A DNA stretch of 62,430 nucleotides, the filler included, from Barthelona sp. PAP020 (lineage: Eukaryota): assembly GCA_040182905.1 (NCBI GenBank). It is 7 parts of 7 records of this genome, joined end to end, with 100 filler letters (N's around TTAATTAATTAA, not from the genome) between each part and the next. Parts side by side here need not be neighbours in the genome. Positions count along the whole stretch, not along the records: positions 27,042 to 35,838 come from JARQWU010000443.1; positions 35,939 to 44,710 come from JARQWU010000444.1; 5 more parts are not named here. One strand, given 5' to 3'. The notes below the pieces were generated by a model. The model saw only the letters and a list, made by a program, of their open reading frames with translations, was not told the origin of the DNA and made no database searches. Of this stretch, positions 28,663 through 38,991 are shown one piece after another. A program made the translations under genes and the position numbers. Position 1 is the first letter of the stretch. The number at the start of each line of letters is the position of its first letter.

Positions 28663-29103
28663 CTCTGATAAATGAAAGGAAAAATCAAATAAAAAAAAGT
28701 GATGTGTTCTGGATTTTCTTTGAATAAATCAACCGTTCTTTAATTGGATTATTTTTCTATTAAAATTTAAAAACTAAATCTTTATTCAATAAATTTCAAT
28801 TTTGAGAAATAAAACGAAGAACGAGAAAATGTGTGAATGTTGTTGATTCTTTCTNNNNNNNNNNNNNNNNNNNNNNNNNNNNNNNNNNNNNNNNNNNNNN
28901 NNNNNNNNNNNNNNNNNNNNNNNNNNNNNNNNNNNNNNNNNNNNNNNNNNNNNNNNNNNNNNNNNNNNNNNNNNNNNNNNNNNNNNNNNNNNNNNNNNNN
29001 NNNNNNNNNNNNNNNNNNNNNNNNNNNNNNNNNNNNNNNNNNNNNNNNNNNNNNNNNNNNNNNNNNNNNNNNNNNNNTGCGTACCTCAAGCAAAATTATG
29101 CAT

Positions 29104-29538
29104 TCAAGCGTTTAAAATTTCTTGACACTCAACAACAGATGAATTGATGATATTTTCATAGTTTTTAAACATCATATTGTCATTGCAAATGGTATTGCAG
29201 ACTGTAAACAAAATAAATGGTGCATCATTTGATGATCTCAATTCAAAAATGCTTAAAATGGAATTATCATTAAATATGTGGGAACTTTTAGGTGTGTCAT
29301 TCAAATTGTTTGCAAGATCACAATTAGCTTGATGAAATGAATGAACAATAGGTTTTATTTTTGCAGATAATTCGGGACTAATACAAGTCGAAATAATTTC
29401 TTCTCCTTGAACAGTGTATAAAGAAACACAAACACATTTTGGTAAATTAACATAAATTTGATCAAATTTTTGTTCTAATTGAGAATAAACTTCGTTAGAT
29501 AATATTGAATTCCTTTGACAACAGCACAAAAAGAACAT
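29104..29538 (-). CDS. Hypothetical small protein, N-terminal CCC, possibly roadblock/profilin-like fold
   Basis: Open frame from ATG 29538 (MFFLCCCQR); helix-beta-beta-helix-beta pattern is only suggestive. Confidence 0.4.
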   Translation of the reverse strand: MFFLCCCQRNSILSNEVYSQLEQKFDQIYVNLPKCVCVSLYTVQGEEIISTCISPELSAKIKPIVHSFHQANCDLANNLNDTPKSSHIFNDNSILSIFELRSSNDAPFILFTVCNTICNDNMMFKNYENIINSSVVECQEILNA

Positions 29539-29865
29539 TACATGATATAATAAAACAAAAGGAAAAAATACCAAATCAAATTTGGAATGGAATTTTGAAA
29601 ACAATGTATTTATTCAAACATAATTTTTTGTTTCAATATAAAAATAACAAAGAATCAACATCAAAAAATAATACAGCTTAACTAAAAAAAATGTCTCATT
29701 TGTTTCTTTATTTAATTATCAAGAATCACAAAACATATTCACCATTATAGAGAAGTTACTAATTGTAATTTTAACGGTAAAATGGAAGATTAAATCAAGG
29801 AAATCAAAAAATGCACAAAAAAATATTTATAAATTAAAAAAAAAGAACTTTAAACATCATATAAA

Positions 29866-30510
29866 TCAACAAGAACAACCACTTTCATTTTGTGAATTGT
29901 CAAAATCATCATCCACATATTGTAATTTGAAAGTTTTACGAGATGATTGAATGTTAGTGTGACGGCTTTTAGCTCCTTTAAATGCCCCAATTCCAGCCTC
30001 TTGAAAAACTTCAAGTACATTGTATCCCGTACGAGCAGAAGCTTCAATAAAAACAGCATCAACATCACTGGCATACTTTTTAGCTTCCTCTATATTTACT
30101 ACTCGCTGTCTGTTAAGATCGTATTTGTTTCCAACTAAAATAATGTGAATGTTTGGTACAAATTTTCTCAATTCCTTTACCCAAGTACTAACTCTTTGAA
30201 AAGAACGTATATCTGTCATATCATAAACAATAATACCACCATCGGCATCTCTGTAATATAACGGTTGCATAGCTTGATATTGCTCTTGTCCAGCCGTATC
30301 CCAAATTTTAATATTGACTAATGTATCTTCGATATTTACCTTTGTTTCACGATACCAAGCTTGTGAAGTAGAAGGTTGATCAGATTCAAATTGCCCTTCC
30401 AAATATTTAAGCAATAAACTTGTCTTCCCTTTAAATTAGAATAATCAATATAATAAAAAAATACCTACACGGCCTTCACCCAATAATACAAGTTTAAGGT
30501 CAGTTGACAT
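29866..30510 (-). CDS. RAB21: Rab GTPase, Rab21-like; one intron (30429-30464)
   Basis: Spliced N-terminus MSTDLKLVLLGEGRVGKTS; WDTAGQE, GNKYDL, EASA; C-terminal GCSC prenylation motif. Confidence 0.85.
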
Positions 30511-30697
30511 TGTAAAAAAAATTGGATAAATTTATTACGTAGCATTAAAGGAAGTAAATTATTTAATAAATTAATAGAAATTAATAAATTATTCAAATCA
30601 ATAATAATTTACAAAAAAGAAAAAAAAAAAAGATGAAATGACCGTTTTTTATAACTAGTTATTGGAAATAGGTGAAAAAACACAAAGTTTTAACTGC

Positions 30698-30947
30698 TTA
30701 ATTCAACTAAAATTTGTTAGATAAAGAAAATTTCAATAATTCATCATACCTTTTGGAAACCAATTTGTTCACAGTTTTCACGGAAGCATTGACGGCAAAG
30801 ATTAAGACCATACTTACGAATGAGAGCGTTCTTATGTCCACAACGACGGCTAATTCAGTTAGTTAAAAATATCATCAATTTCAATAAATACCATGAGCGA
30901 GAGCCTTTTCCATATCTGCGGGGATGAGTTCTTAAAGTGACAGCCAT
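30698..30947 (-). CDS. RPS29: 40S ribosomal protein S29 (uS14); exons 30947-30892, 30849-30750, 30706-30698
   Basis: Spliced translation [54 protein letters not shown]; two GT-AG introns of 42 and 43 nt; absent from the ORF track. Confidence 0.95.
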
Positions 30948-31060
30948 TTTTTAATTAAAATATCTTGATAAAAAAGAAGGAGAAAGATGAATTTTTCAAT
31001 ATTTTTTACCTTGTTAAATATCTTTGTGTTGTTTGAGTTGATGTGAAAGAACTTGTTATA

Positions 31061-32197
31061 ATGACTAAAAATAATTACTTTAAACAAAATTTATCACATT
31101 TTATTCAACTTTATGATGAAAATTTGAATTTTCCTAAATTATCATATGAAACAAAAGGAAAGGAATTAAAATTAATTTTGGATGGTTTTCCTGAATATTA
31201 TGAATGTAATTATGCATTTCCTGTTGATACAAACATTCATTTTTTTTATTCAAAGATTTTTCGAAACAAATTGAAATTATTTTTGGAAGGAGAATCACAT
31301 TTTATTAGTTTACAAAGTAGCACTTCAGAAATTTTAAGTGAATTTGTTCTTAAATATGAGAATTCGTTACTATATGAAATTTTCGTTCAAATTAGATCCT
31401 TTTGTTTAAAAAATATTGATAATAAATTAGTTACGTTTTCAGCAAGTGTATTTCAAGAGAATAGTTTTGTAGATTTGTTTACTTTTCAACCTTTCAAGAT
31501 AATGATGAATGGTGAAGCTCAAAATTTGACCAGCATTGATATTTCCACAATAGGTAATCTTTCTTCTTTCTTATTACCATTATATCGAGTGTGTAAAAAT
31601 AAAAATTTCAGAGATCAAGATCATTTGATCATGTTACGTTTTAAGTGTGAGGAACGTTTTTTTGACATTACGTTAAATCGAAGTGGTAGTCGAACAAAAG
31701 CTGCTTTATTATCTTTTTTTCATTCGTTGCTACCTGATTCTAGCATCACTTTGAAACACTCTAAATTGGCTCTGTTTTACTCACATGTAAATAAGTGCAG
31801 TATGACGATCATTTCTTTGTTGTCTACACGAATGGACCGATTGAAAATAAACCGTGAGGAATTAGCCACTGTAAACAGGTTTATAATTCAGGCCAAACGT
31901 GACAACAATCCAAAAGAAACACTCACATTAGAAAATAGCACCTCAATTGATTCTGATGAGGCTCTAAGTTTAGGAAAGACATTCACAGAAAATAAAACAC
32001 AACTATCCTTTTATAACTCATATTCTGGTGAATTGATGAATATCAACACTCTCAAGACGCTAAAAAAATCAAAATCTTTCAATAGAGCCAAAACTACGAC
32101 AAAAATTTTCAAAAACCCGCCAACAAAAGCAAATAATACGCCAAATATAATGAAGTCCTCTTTGTTACCAATAACAACACAACTTCTTCAATTGTAG
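31061..32197 (+). CDS. Highly degenerate kinesin-motor-like protein
   Basis: Weak echoes of kinesin segments (KLFLEGESHFI, VTFSASVFQENSFVDLF, HSKLALF, MTIISLLS..NREELATVNRF) but no P-loop or switch motifs. Confidence 0.4.
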   Translation: MTKNNYFKQNLSHFIQLYDENLNFPKLSYETKGKELKLILDGFPEYYECNYAFPVDTNIHFFYSKIFRNKLKLFLEGESHFISLQSSTSEILSEFVLKYENSLLYEIFVQIRSFCLKNIDNKLVTFSASVFQENSFVDLFTFQPFKIMMNGEAQNLTSIDISTIGNLSSFLLPLYRVCKNKNFRDQDHLIMLRFKCEERFFDITLNRSGSRTKAALLSFFHSLLPDSSITLKHSKLALFYSHVNKCSMTIISLLSTRMDRLKINREELATVNRFIIQAKRDNNPKETLTLENSTSIDSDEALSLGKTFTENKTQLSFYNSYSGELMNINTLKTLKKSKSFNRAKTTTKIFKNPPTKANNTPNIMKSSLLPITTQLLQL

Positions 32198-32213
32198 GGT
32201 AAAAATTTACAGT

Positions 32214-33065
32214 TTATTCATCAGTGTCTGTGATTTCATCAATAGATAAATCATGAATTCTTTGGTCTTCGTCTGATAAATATTCAGTCTCTTGTACATT
32301 TTTCTTTTTTTGACTGTCAGGAATGATGATCTCCTTGTTGATTATTTGAGATATTTCATTGACCCCTACTCGTCCACGTTGACTAATTGCAACAGAAATT
32401 TTTTCAAATTCTTCGTTTGTAACATGTAAGAAACTTCCACGACCATCAAAAACACCGTTCAAATCGCAATTTTTATCCTCGATCAGATGTTTGATTCTAC
32501 GCACACAATCTTCAACACTAATCTTGAAGTTTGACGAAAGTTCTTGTAAATTACACAGCTTCTTTTCTTTAATTTCATTGATGAATTGAGCAAGAAGATC
32601 TTGATCCTCCAATGCAACATCAAACATTAGATCTCCTTCTGCTTCCATTTCAAAAAGATCTTTCCATTGATTTAGTTCATCTTCAGCCTGTTCTTCTTGT
32701 TGTTTAGCTAATTCTTTAGCTTTCAATTCTGCCAATTCATTATTCTTCTTTTGTTCTTCACGTTCTTGTTGTCTTTTCTCAGATTCTTTTTGAAACTTCT
32801 TTTTAGCATCTTCAATCTCTTTCATTTGTTGTCTATAACGTTCTTGTTGTTGTTCCTTTTTTAATTTCTTTCTATAATCATGTACAGTCAACCCTTCTGC
32901 AGCTGCAAGATCTTCTTCCATCATACGAGTGGGATCTCTTCCTCTTCTATCACGTTGTCTCTGTTTACGTAATTTTTCTTCTTTTTTGTAATTTCTCATT
33001 CGAATAACAATGAATGTTATTAATGCAGTCATCACAACAATAACAAATATTATTTCAAATATCAT
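32214..33065 (-). CDS. DDRGK1: DDRGK domain-containing protein 1 (UFBP1)
   Basis: N-terminal TM, charged coiled coil, WKDLFEMEAEG, FINEIKEKK, LNGVFDGRGSFLHVT, ISQRGRV. Confidence 0.88.
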   Translation of the reverse strand: MIFEIIFVIVVMTALITFIVIRMRNYKKEEKLRKQRQRDRRGRDPTRMMEEDLAAAEGLTVHDYRKKLKKEQQQERYRQQMKEIEDAKKKFQKESEKRQQEREEQKKNNELAELKAKELAKQQEEQAEDELNQWKDLFEMEAEGDLMFDVALEDQDLLAQFINEIKEKKLCNLQELSSNFKISVEDCVRRIKHLIEDKNCDLNGVFDGRGSFLHVTNEEFEKISVAISQRGRVGVNEISQIINKEIIIPDSQKKKNVQETEYLSDEDQRIHDLSIDEITDTDE

Positions 33066-33120
33066 TGATTATATTGTTGCAAAATAAAAAATTTACATTT
33101 TTTTTTATTCTTTTTGTTCG

Positions 33121-33987
33121 ATGTCCAAATATTATTTATCACATTTTAAGGTGGATACTTTTTCAAAAGATCAACAGGATTTAATATGTTCTCAAATAAT
33201 TGATTATCTTAAAGATGTTTCGGATTTTTCAGAGAATAAGTGTGAATTAGTTACATCTTTTTTAATGAATTGTTTAAAACTGCGAAGAAACTTAACATTT
33301 ATGGTTTCTGTAACAAAAGGAATTGTTCCTGATGCAAAAGATTTTTGCAATTGGTTATGGAAATTGCTGAATGGTTATGATACTCCTTATGTTTTTCCAC
33401 CAAAGAAACAAACACCTCAACAATCACAAAAATCACAAAAATCTCCTCCTCTTTTCCAATCTCATACTCATGTTCCTCCTCAAAAAGACAAAGAATTTGA
33501 CATGAAAAGAGACCCTGAAGCATCTATATCAATATCTATGGAAGATACAGAGGAAAAATCTTTTTCCAATGCTCAATTTGATGAAGAAAACAAAGAAGAG
33601 GAAAATCCTACATTTGAATCTCAGTTATTAGCACAAATAGATGAACAAGATATAGAAATAGATGAAGATGATAAATTTGTTCCTGACCTTACTGGATTAT
33701 GCATTCATCAAACCAAATGTAAGAATCCCAACTGTACGTTCAAACACTATCCTGTTCAGTGCAAATTTGATGGTAAGTGCACAAAAGTTGATTGTCCATT
33801 CTATCATGTCATACAGAATGAGGAGAAACCCTTCAATTTCGGAACAAAGCCGGTTTCTAACTTTTATGTGAAGAAAGAGGCTTGTCTTAAGACTCAACAT
33901 AGACGTTGTAGAGATGATGAAAAGGGTTGTCACAATAAATCCTGTGCTTTCATTCACATCCAAGATTGTGCTCCTTTACTTCCTTAA
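33121..33987 (+). CDS. Nab2/ZC3H14-like CCCH zinc-finger RNA-binding protein
   Basis: N-terminal PWI-like segment (AKDFCNWLW); three C-x5/6-C-x4-C-x3-H fingers. Confidence 0.65.
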   Translation: MSKYYLSHFKVDTFSKDQQDLICSQIIDYLKDVSDFSENKCELVTSFLMNCLKLRRNLTFMVSVTKGIVPDAKDFCNWLWKLLNGYDTPYVFPPKKQTPQQSQKSQKSPPLFQSHTHVPPQKDKEFDMKRDPEASISISMEDTEEKSFSNAQFDEENKEEENPTFESQLLAQIDEQDIEIDEDDKFVPDLTGLCIHQTKCKNPNCTFKHYPVQCKFDGKCTKVDCPFYHVIQNEEKPFNFGTKPVSNFYVKKEACLKTQHRRCRDDEKGCHNKSCAFIHIQDCAPLLP

Positions 33988-34361
33988 TTTTTAGGTTGAT
34001 TTGGAGGAGGTGTTCTATATACGACACAGCATACGTAATGATTTCTTTAGTTTCTATAAATCTGTATCCACTTCAATCTAGTGTTTTTTTTTTCCTTTTT
34101 TATTTCTATGTGTTTACAGAAAGTAAAAAGAAATAAAAGAGTAAAATATTGTTTTTGAAAATGGGGCTTGACTGCCTTTTTCAACATCTTTTTTACAATA
34201 TGAAGCTTGAGTTTAGATGTGTACAAGAAAAAGAACTGTAAATGAACCTCTGCTAAACTAGAAAGTTACATAAACCCAACCATAAGAAGAAGAAATAAGA
34301 AAAAATAACATCACATCAGTTAAAATATTTATACATGGACAATAATAAAAAAAGGAAATTT

Positions 34362-35084
34362 TTAATACACTGGAAAACGAGGAGGCAATACAGCAGGTTT
34401 ATTAGTGATAGAAAATGACTCGTTAAGAGTTTCTGCAGATAAAGGTCGCATAATCACCCCTATCTTATCCCGATTTTCCTTCTCTTGCAAATTAACCATG
34501 TTCCATTCACTTTCTAAACGATCCAAAAATGTTTTCAACTCTCTGTTTGTTGGTAAAACACTAGTTTCATCAGATGACATAGTTGACTTCTCCATCTCTA
34601 AGATCATTTCATTCAACCATTGCTTTTCAAATCTCAAACCAACACGAATCTCCTCTGTACATCGTTCTAAATCAGTTATTGATAATTTTTGTCGACTAGA
34701 TAAAGATGATTCTGGACGTTCCGGTGCAGAATAAGGTCTTTCCTTCAAATATTGGATACTTTTTTTATCACTGGAAAATCTAGCTGGAATTTCCTTCTCT
34801 TTTGATTGAAAAAGCTCAACAAAAGTTTCAATTTTGGTTAATAAAGATTCTCGTATCATTTCTTCATCAAAAGAAGACATTATTTCTTGTTTTTGTGCAT
34901 AATTTGAGTCTAATAATAGTAAACCATCAACCATTTCTTTCCATGTTAAAGCTTGAGTGTGTAATTCTTCAACTTGGGAAATTATTTCTGATCCAATGAT
35001 TAATCGAGCAGCTTCTCGTTCAGCAGCCGTTAATTTCACAGATATCTCTTGCCATAAACTTGGTGGTACATACCATTTGCTCAT
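34362..35084 (-). CDS. CCDC24-like coiled-coil protein
   Basis: PPSLWQEI...EREAARLIIG...VEEL and LPTNRELKTF resemble CCDC24-family motifs. Confidence 0.5.
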   Translation of the reverse strand: MSKWYVPPSLWQEISVKLTAAEREAARLIIGSEIISQVEELHTQALTWKEMVDGLLLLDSNYAQKQEIMSSFDEEMIRESLLTKIETFVELFQSKEKEIPARFSSDKKSIQYLKERPYSAPERPESSLSSRQKLSITDLERCTEEIRVGLRFEKQWLNEMILEMEKSTMSSDETSVLPTNRELKTFLDRLESEWNMVNLQEKENRDKIGVIMRPLSAETLNESFSITNKPAVLPPRFPVY

Positions 35085-35412
35085 TATTGCATCTAAACAT
35101 CAAAAAGAAAGAATTGGAAAAAATTTTGAAAATGAATCATACAAAGATTTTGGAAACAAATAAAGATTTATATTTTAATAATTGCAAAAAAAGAAGAAAA
35201 AAAAGACTTTGATAAAAAATTTTGAAAAGAGGAATTTTAACTCACTTAATTTTTAGAGAATAATCGTTTACAGTTCTCTTTTTTAATCAAATACAAATTG
35301 TTTCTTAAAAGTTTTTTTACACCAACACTTTGAAAATTTCAATTGTGATTTCTTGATCAAAATATTTTAATAACTAGATATTTAAATACTTACAAATAAA
35401 TGGAAACAATTG

Positions 35413-35729
35413 CATCAGTAGCAAAATGGACGGATTTGACTCAAAGACAATATAAGTGAGTTTAGGATTTCTTTTTTGTAATTACTTGTATTAATGAGAA
35501 TCAAAATTGAAAAACTCAAGCAATAAAACGGAATCTTAGGTATTCTAAGTAAATAGGAACAAAGAAAAAAGAACATCAAAGTGTTACAAAGAGAACATAA
35601 GTGGAGACATTTAAAGTGAAGCCATGGGCTAAAGGAAAGTATTACACTTTACTTTAAATACACGCCCCATCTAAACCGGAAGCATTTTTTTTTCAAGACT
35701 GTTCTGAACCACCCAAAATGAATTGTGAA
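35413..35729 (+). mobile_element. Degenerate non-autonomous element copy
   Basis: GTAGCAAAATGGACGGATTTGACTCAAAGACAATATAA 5' end; internal GGGCTAAAGGAAAGTATTACACTTT shared with the 8387 copy; GTTCTGAACCA...GTGAA 3' end. Confidence 0.8.
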
Positions 35730-35838
35730 ACGTAGCGGGCATTTCACAAGGAGGGAAAAAGAAAAGCGTGAAGAAATGCGCCAGAATTTGAATCAAGCAA
35801 AATTTCTCGTATTTCAAAATTTATCAAATAATAAAACA
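35730..35838 (+). repeat. Second related subfamily start, cut by gap
   Basis: Matches 8799-8889. Confidence 0.6.
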
Positions 35839-36069
35839 NNNNNNNNNNNNNNNNNNNNNNNNNNNNNNNNNNNNNNNNNNNNTTAATTAATTAANNNNNN
35901 NNNNNNNNNNNNNNNNNNNNNNNNNNNNNNNNNNNNNNTTGGGCATCTGAATCCACGTGAGTTTTCCCCAAACCTTAAGCTAACTCGTTTCGTTGTTCAC
36001 TGAACAACTCATACCTCATAAATATCTAATAAAAAATGAGCGGCTGCAATTGAATCTTGGTTATCAAGT

Positions 36070-36560
36070 ATTAAAATTTTGGAAAAATTTTCCATTCCTA
36101 TTTTTTTGAATTTTTGCAAAAGCAAAATTTTAAAGTTTAAAGTTTTTCAACAGATCAATCGGGCCTTGAAAGCCTTTAACCAAATAAACACTATTCTTTT
36201 TTATTCACTCATACGCACAATGATTCTTGGCTTGGAAATAAATGAAGCAATCATGTGTATTTAATAGGAAATTGTACCCAAAAAACTTATTAAAAAAAAT
36301 TTTTAATAAAAAAATAAAAAATAAGTGGCTGAAAGCTAATTTTAATGATCAAGTTTGAAAATTTTAGAAAGATATTCCTATTCCAGTTCTTTGTACAGAT
36401 ACAAGAGCAAAATTTTAAGTGTAGTTCTTTCTTTAGAGAAAATTGATTTTGAAAGATAAATTGGATTTTGAAAGCCTTCAGCCAAAATGAACACATTTCT
36501 TTCTTATTCCTCATATGCACAATGCTGATTGGCTCAGAAATACACATGAATAGAAATGAA
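36070..36560 (+). repeat. Interspersed repeat, two diverged tandem units
   Basis: 36146-36241 nearly identical to 53681-53776; diverged second unit around 36468-36545 (TTGAAAGCCTT..CCAAA..AACAC..TTATTC.CTCATA.GCACAATG). Confidence 0.75.
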
Positions 36561-36905
36561 ATATTCCCCATAAAGAATCCTTTTATTGAATTTCAGTCAA
36601 TGAACTGAGCGAACAAAAATTGCAGTTTTTGACCCAGTTTGAATCGCTTTCCGTTCAATGGCAAACTTCCTATTTCCACAAAAAAATGAAAGAAGAGCTC
36701 TTTATCATTTAGATAAAGAAAAAATTAAATACAAATTTATACATGTGAACAAAAGTGCATAAAGGTTATTCATCCCGCAAATCATTAAGAATGAATCAAA
36801 AACAAAATTTGAAAACGATCCCAATGTGAAGTTAAACAAATTATCTTGAAATACAACAATAAAATTTAAAAAAAAACAGAAAATGGAGAATATAACTTTT
36901 TTCAA

Positions 36906-38879
36906 TTAGTTTTTCACCTTTTTGCGTAATTCTGATAACTTATAAGTTCGTTGAGGAGATTTAAATTTGTAAGGTGTTGATCCTTTTGAATATTTTTCCA
37001 AAAGCTTATCAACTTCTCCTTCTTCAAAACTAATTAAACCGGTACTGTTGTTTTTTTTGTGAATAACACCATTTTTGCCTTTTTGTTGTTGAATTCTTGA
37101 ATCCATTGAAGAATATGGTCTTGTTTTCCGTGATGAAGACGAAGGTCTAACTCTTGCAGTTTGAACTTGTTGATATGTTGGAGTCAAAGGAGGTTTAGGA
37201 TAATTGAACAAATCTTTATTTTCATTGCCAAAAGTTTCAAAAGTTTCATTTAATTTTTCCATGTTGAGAGGTGCAATTTTGATTTTAGCTGATTTTTCAA
37301 TATCATTAGCCTCAGGGCTTGTGGGAATATTTGAAACAGAAGTTAAATTCATTTTTTTGCTGACATTTTTGGCATTAGCTGGATCATTTTGATTTTTTAT
37401 GGGGGTAACCAAATCATTTATGTCTTTTGACTCTTTTGAAATACTATCTCTGGGACTTGAGATTCTGTTCACCTTCAAAACATGTTTTTGCAACTCCTCT
37501 TTCAATTCACCATATTCTTTTGCAATTTCGATCAGTTCTTGCTGTTCTTTTCTGTATTTTCTTTCCTGTTCTTCCATCATTAAAACTTTATGTTTCATTT
37601 GAGCCAATTCAACTTCCATATCAGATAATTTTGAGCGGTTAGCAACAATATCTGTTTCTTTTCTATTAGCTCTAGTAACCAATATAAGCAATCTTTCATA
37701 ATCATGATATATCTTTTTAAGATCTTCTTTAGACATCAAATCATTGCAATGTTCCACCAAATTATTGTACTCTTCAAAAGGTTGTTCTTTTACTTCCGAA
37801 ACTTGATTGTTCAAATCTTTTAAAGAATTTTCAAAATCTTCCTGAGTTTTTTTTAATTTTGATTTCAACATATCATCAATAAAATCGAATCTGGAGTCCA
37901 ATTCCTTTAAAACTGCATGAATATCACTAAAACCAATCGAAACTTTACTTACCAAATCATTCAATTGACTTGTATTTTTAGTTGATTTATCTAAAGATAC
38001 TGAACTCTGTGAAACACTTTTATTCATTTTTTCTTCAAAAAGATTCTTTGTTTGAACTAACTTAGAAGTTAAATCTTCGAATACTAAATGATATTTATTT
38101 GAAAATTCACTAAAGTCACGTTTCCATGCATCATTATGTATTTCATCAAATTTTTTCATGTCATTATTTAAAATTTTTGATAATAATTCTTGTTCTTTTA
38201 ATCTACGATCAATATTGGAAGATAAAGCAGAATTTCTTAACAATTCTCGAGTAGTATTTTCATGTTTACTATCATAACCTTGAATTTTCTTTTCAATTTC
38301 AGCAACTTTATGATAAGTAGCTGAAGTTTGTGATAATAGAGGTGTAATTTTGGTAATTTCACTTAAAACTTCTGTTTTTGTTTTTGTCAAATAATAAGTT
38401 AGATTTTCTGTGGTTTCTTGTCTTAAATTATTGATTTCATTTGAAGCACTTTTTCGAACATCTTCAATGGTATCAGAAAATTCTTTTTTTGTTTCAAAAA
38501 TAGAATTTTCAAGTTCTTTAAACTTTGTTTCATAATTATCAATCAATTCAGTTCGTAAATTTTGTAAATTTTGCTCAAAATTCATTTGCATTGCTGTGAA
38601 CCTAGAAATCATTTCAACCTTTAAATTTTCAACTTTGCTTTTGGAATCATCATCAGCAAACATTTGGGTTGCAGATAATTCATGTTTTGTGGCTAAAGTC
38701 TCCAAAACTTTAGACACTTCAGATGTGTTCGCCTTCTTTTTCAAATTTAATTCAAAGACTTTTAATATTCTATTTTGTTCATTTAATGAATTACTCATCA
38801 TTTGTAATTTTTCAATTAGTGAAGAAGGCATTCCTACTTCTAAATCATTATTTGTAAATGAGATAATTTGAGTTTTCAT
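36906..38879 (-). CDS. Hypothetical coiled-coil protein
   Basis: 657-aa ORF, heptad-rich, low-complexity C-terminus. Confidence 0.6.
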   Translation of the reverse strand: MKTQIISFTNNDLEVGMPSSLIEKLQMMSNSLNEQNRILKVFELNLKKKANTSEVSKVLETLATKHELSATQMFADDDSKSKVENLKVEMISRFTAMQMNFEQNLQNLRTELIDNYETKFKELENSIFETKKEFSDTIEDVRKSASNEINNLRQETTENLTYYLTKTKTEVLSEITKITPLLSQTSATYHKVAEIEKKIQGYDSKHENTTRELLRNSALSSNIDRRLKEQELLSKILNNDMKKFDEIHNDAWKRDFSEFSNKYHLVFEDLTSKLVQTKNLFEEKMNKSVSQSSVSLDKSTKNTSQLNDLVSKVSIGFSDIHAVLKELDSRFDFIDDMLKSKLKKTQEDFENSLKDLNNQVSEVKEQPFEEYNNLVEHCNDLMSKEDLKKIYHDYERLLILVTRANRKETDIVANRSKLSDMEVELAQMKHKVLMMEEQERKYRKEQQELIEIAKEYGELKEELQKHVLKVNRISSPRDSISKESKDINDLVTPIKNQNDPANAKNVSKKMNLTSVSNIPTSPEANDIEKSAKIKIAPLNMEKLNETFETFGNENKDLFNYPKPPLTPTYQQVQTARVRPSSSSRKTRPYSSMDSRIQQQKGKNGVIHKKNNSTGLISFEEGEVDKLLEKYSKGSTPYKFKSPQRTYKLSELRKKVKN

Positions 38880-38991
38880 TTCTATCTAATCAAATTATCG
38901 GCACATTAAAAATATGGAGATGATTTAGTTTAAAGAAAAAAAAAATTGAAATCAATGTGTCAAAATCAAAATTCTTTTTATATCAAATTGA

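Noticed and set aside
28782..29147. ORFs spanning the N gap
   Set aside because: Artefacts of translating Ns
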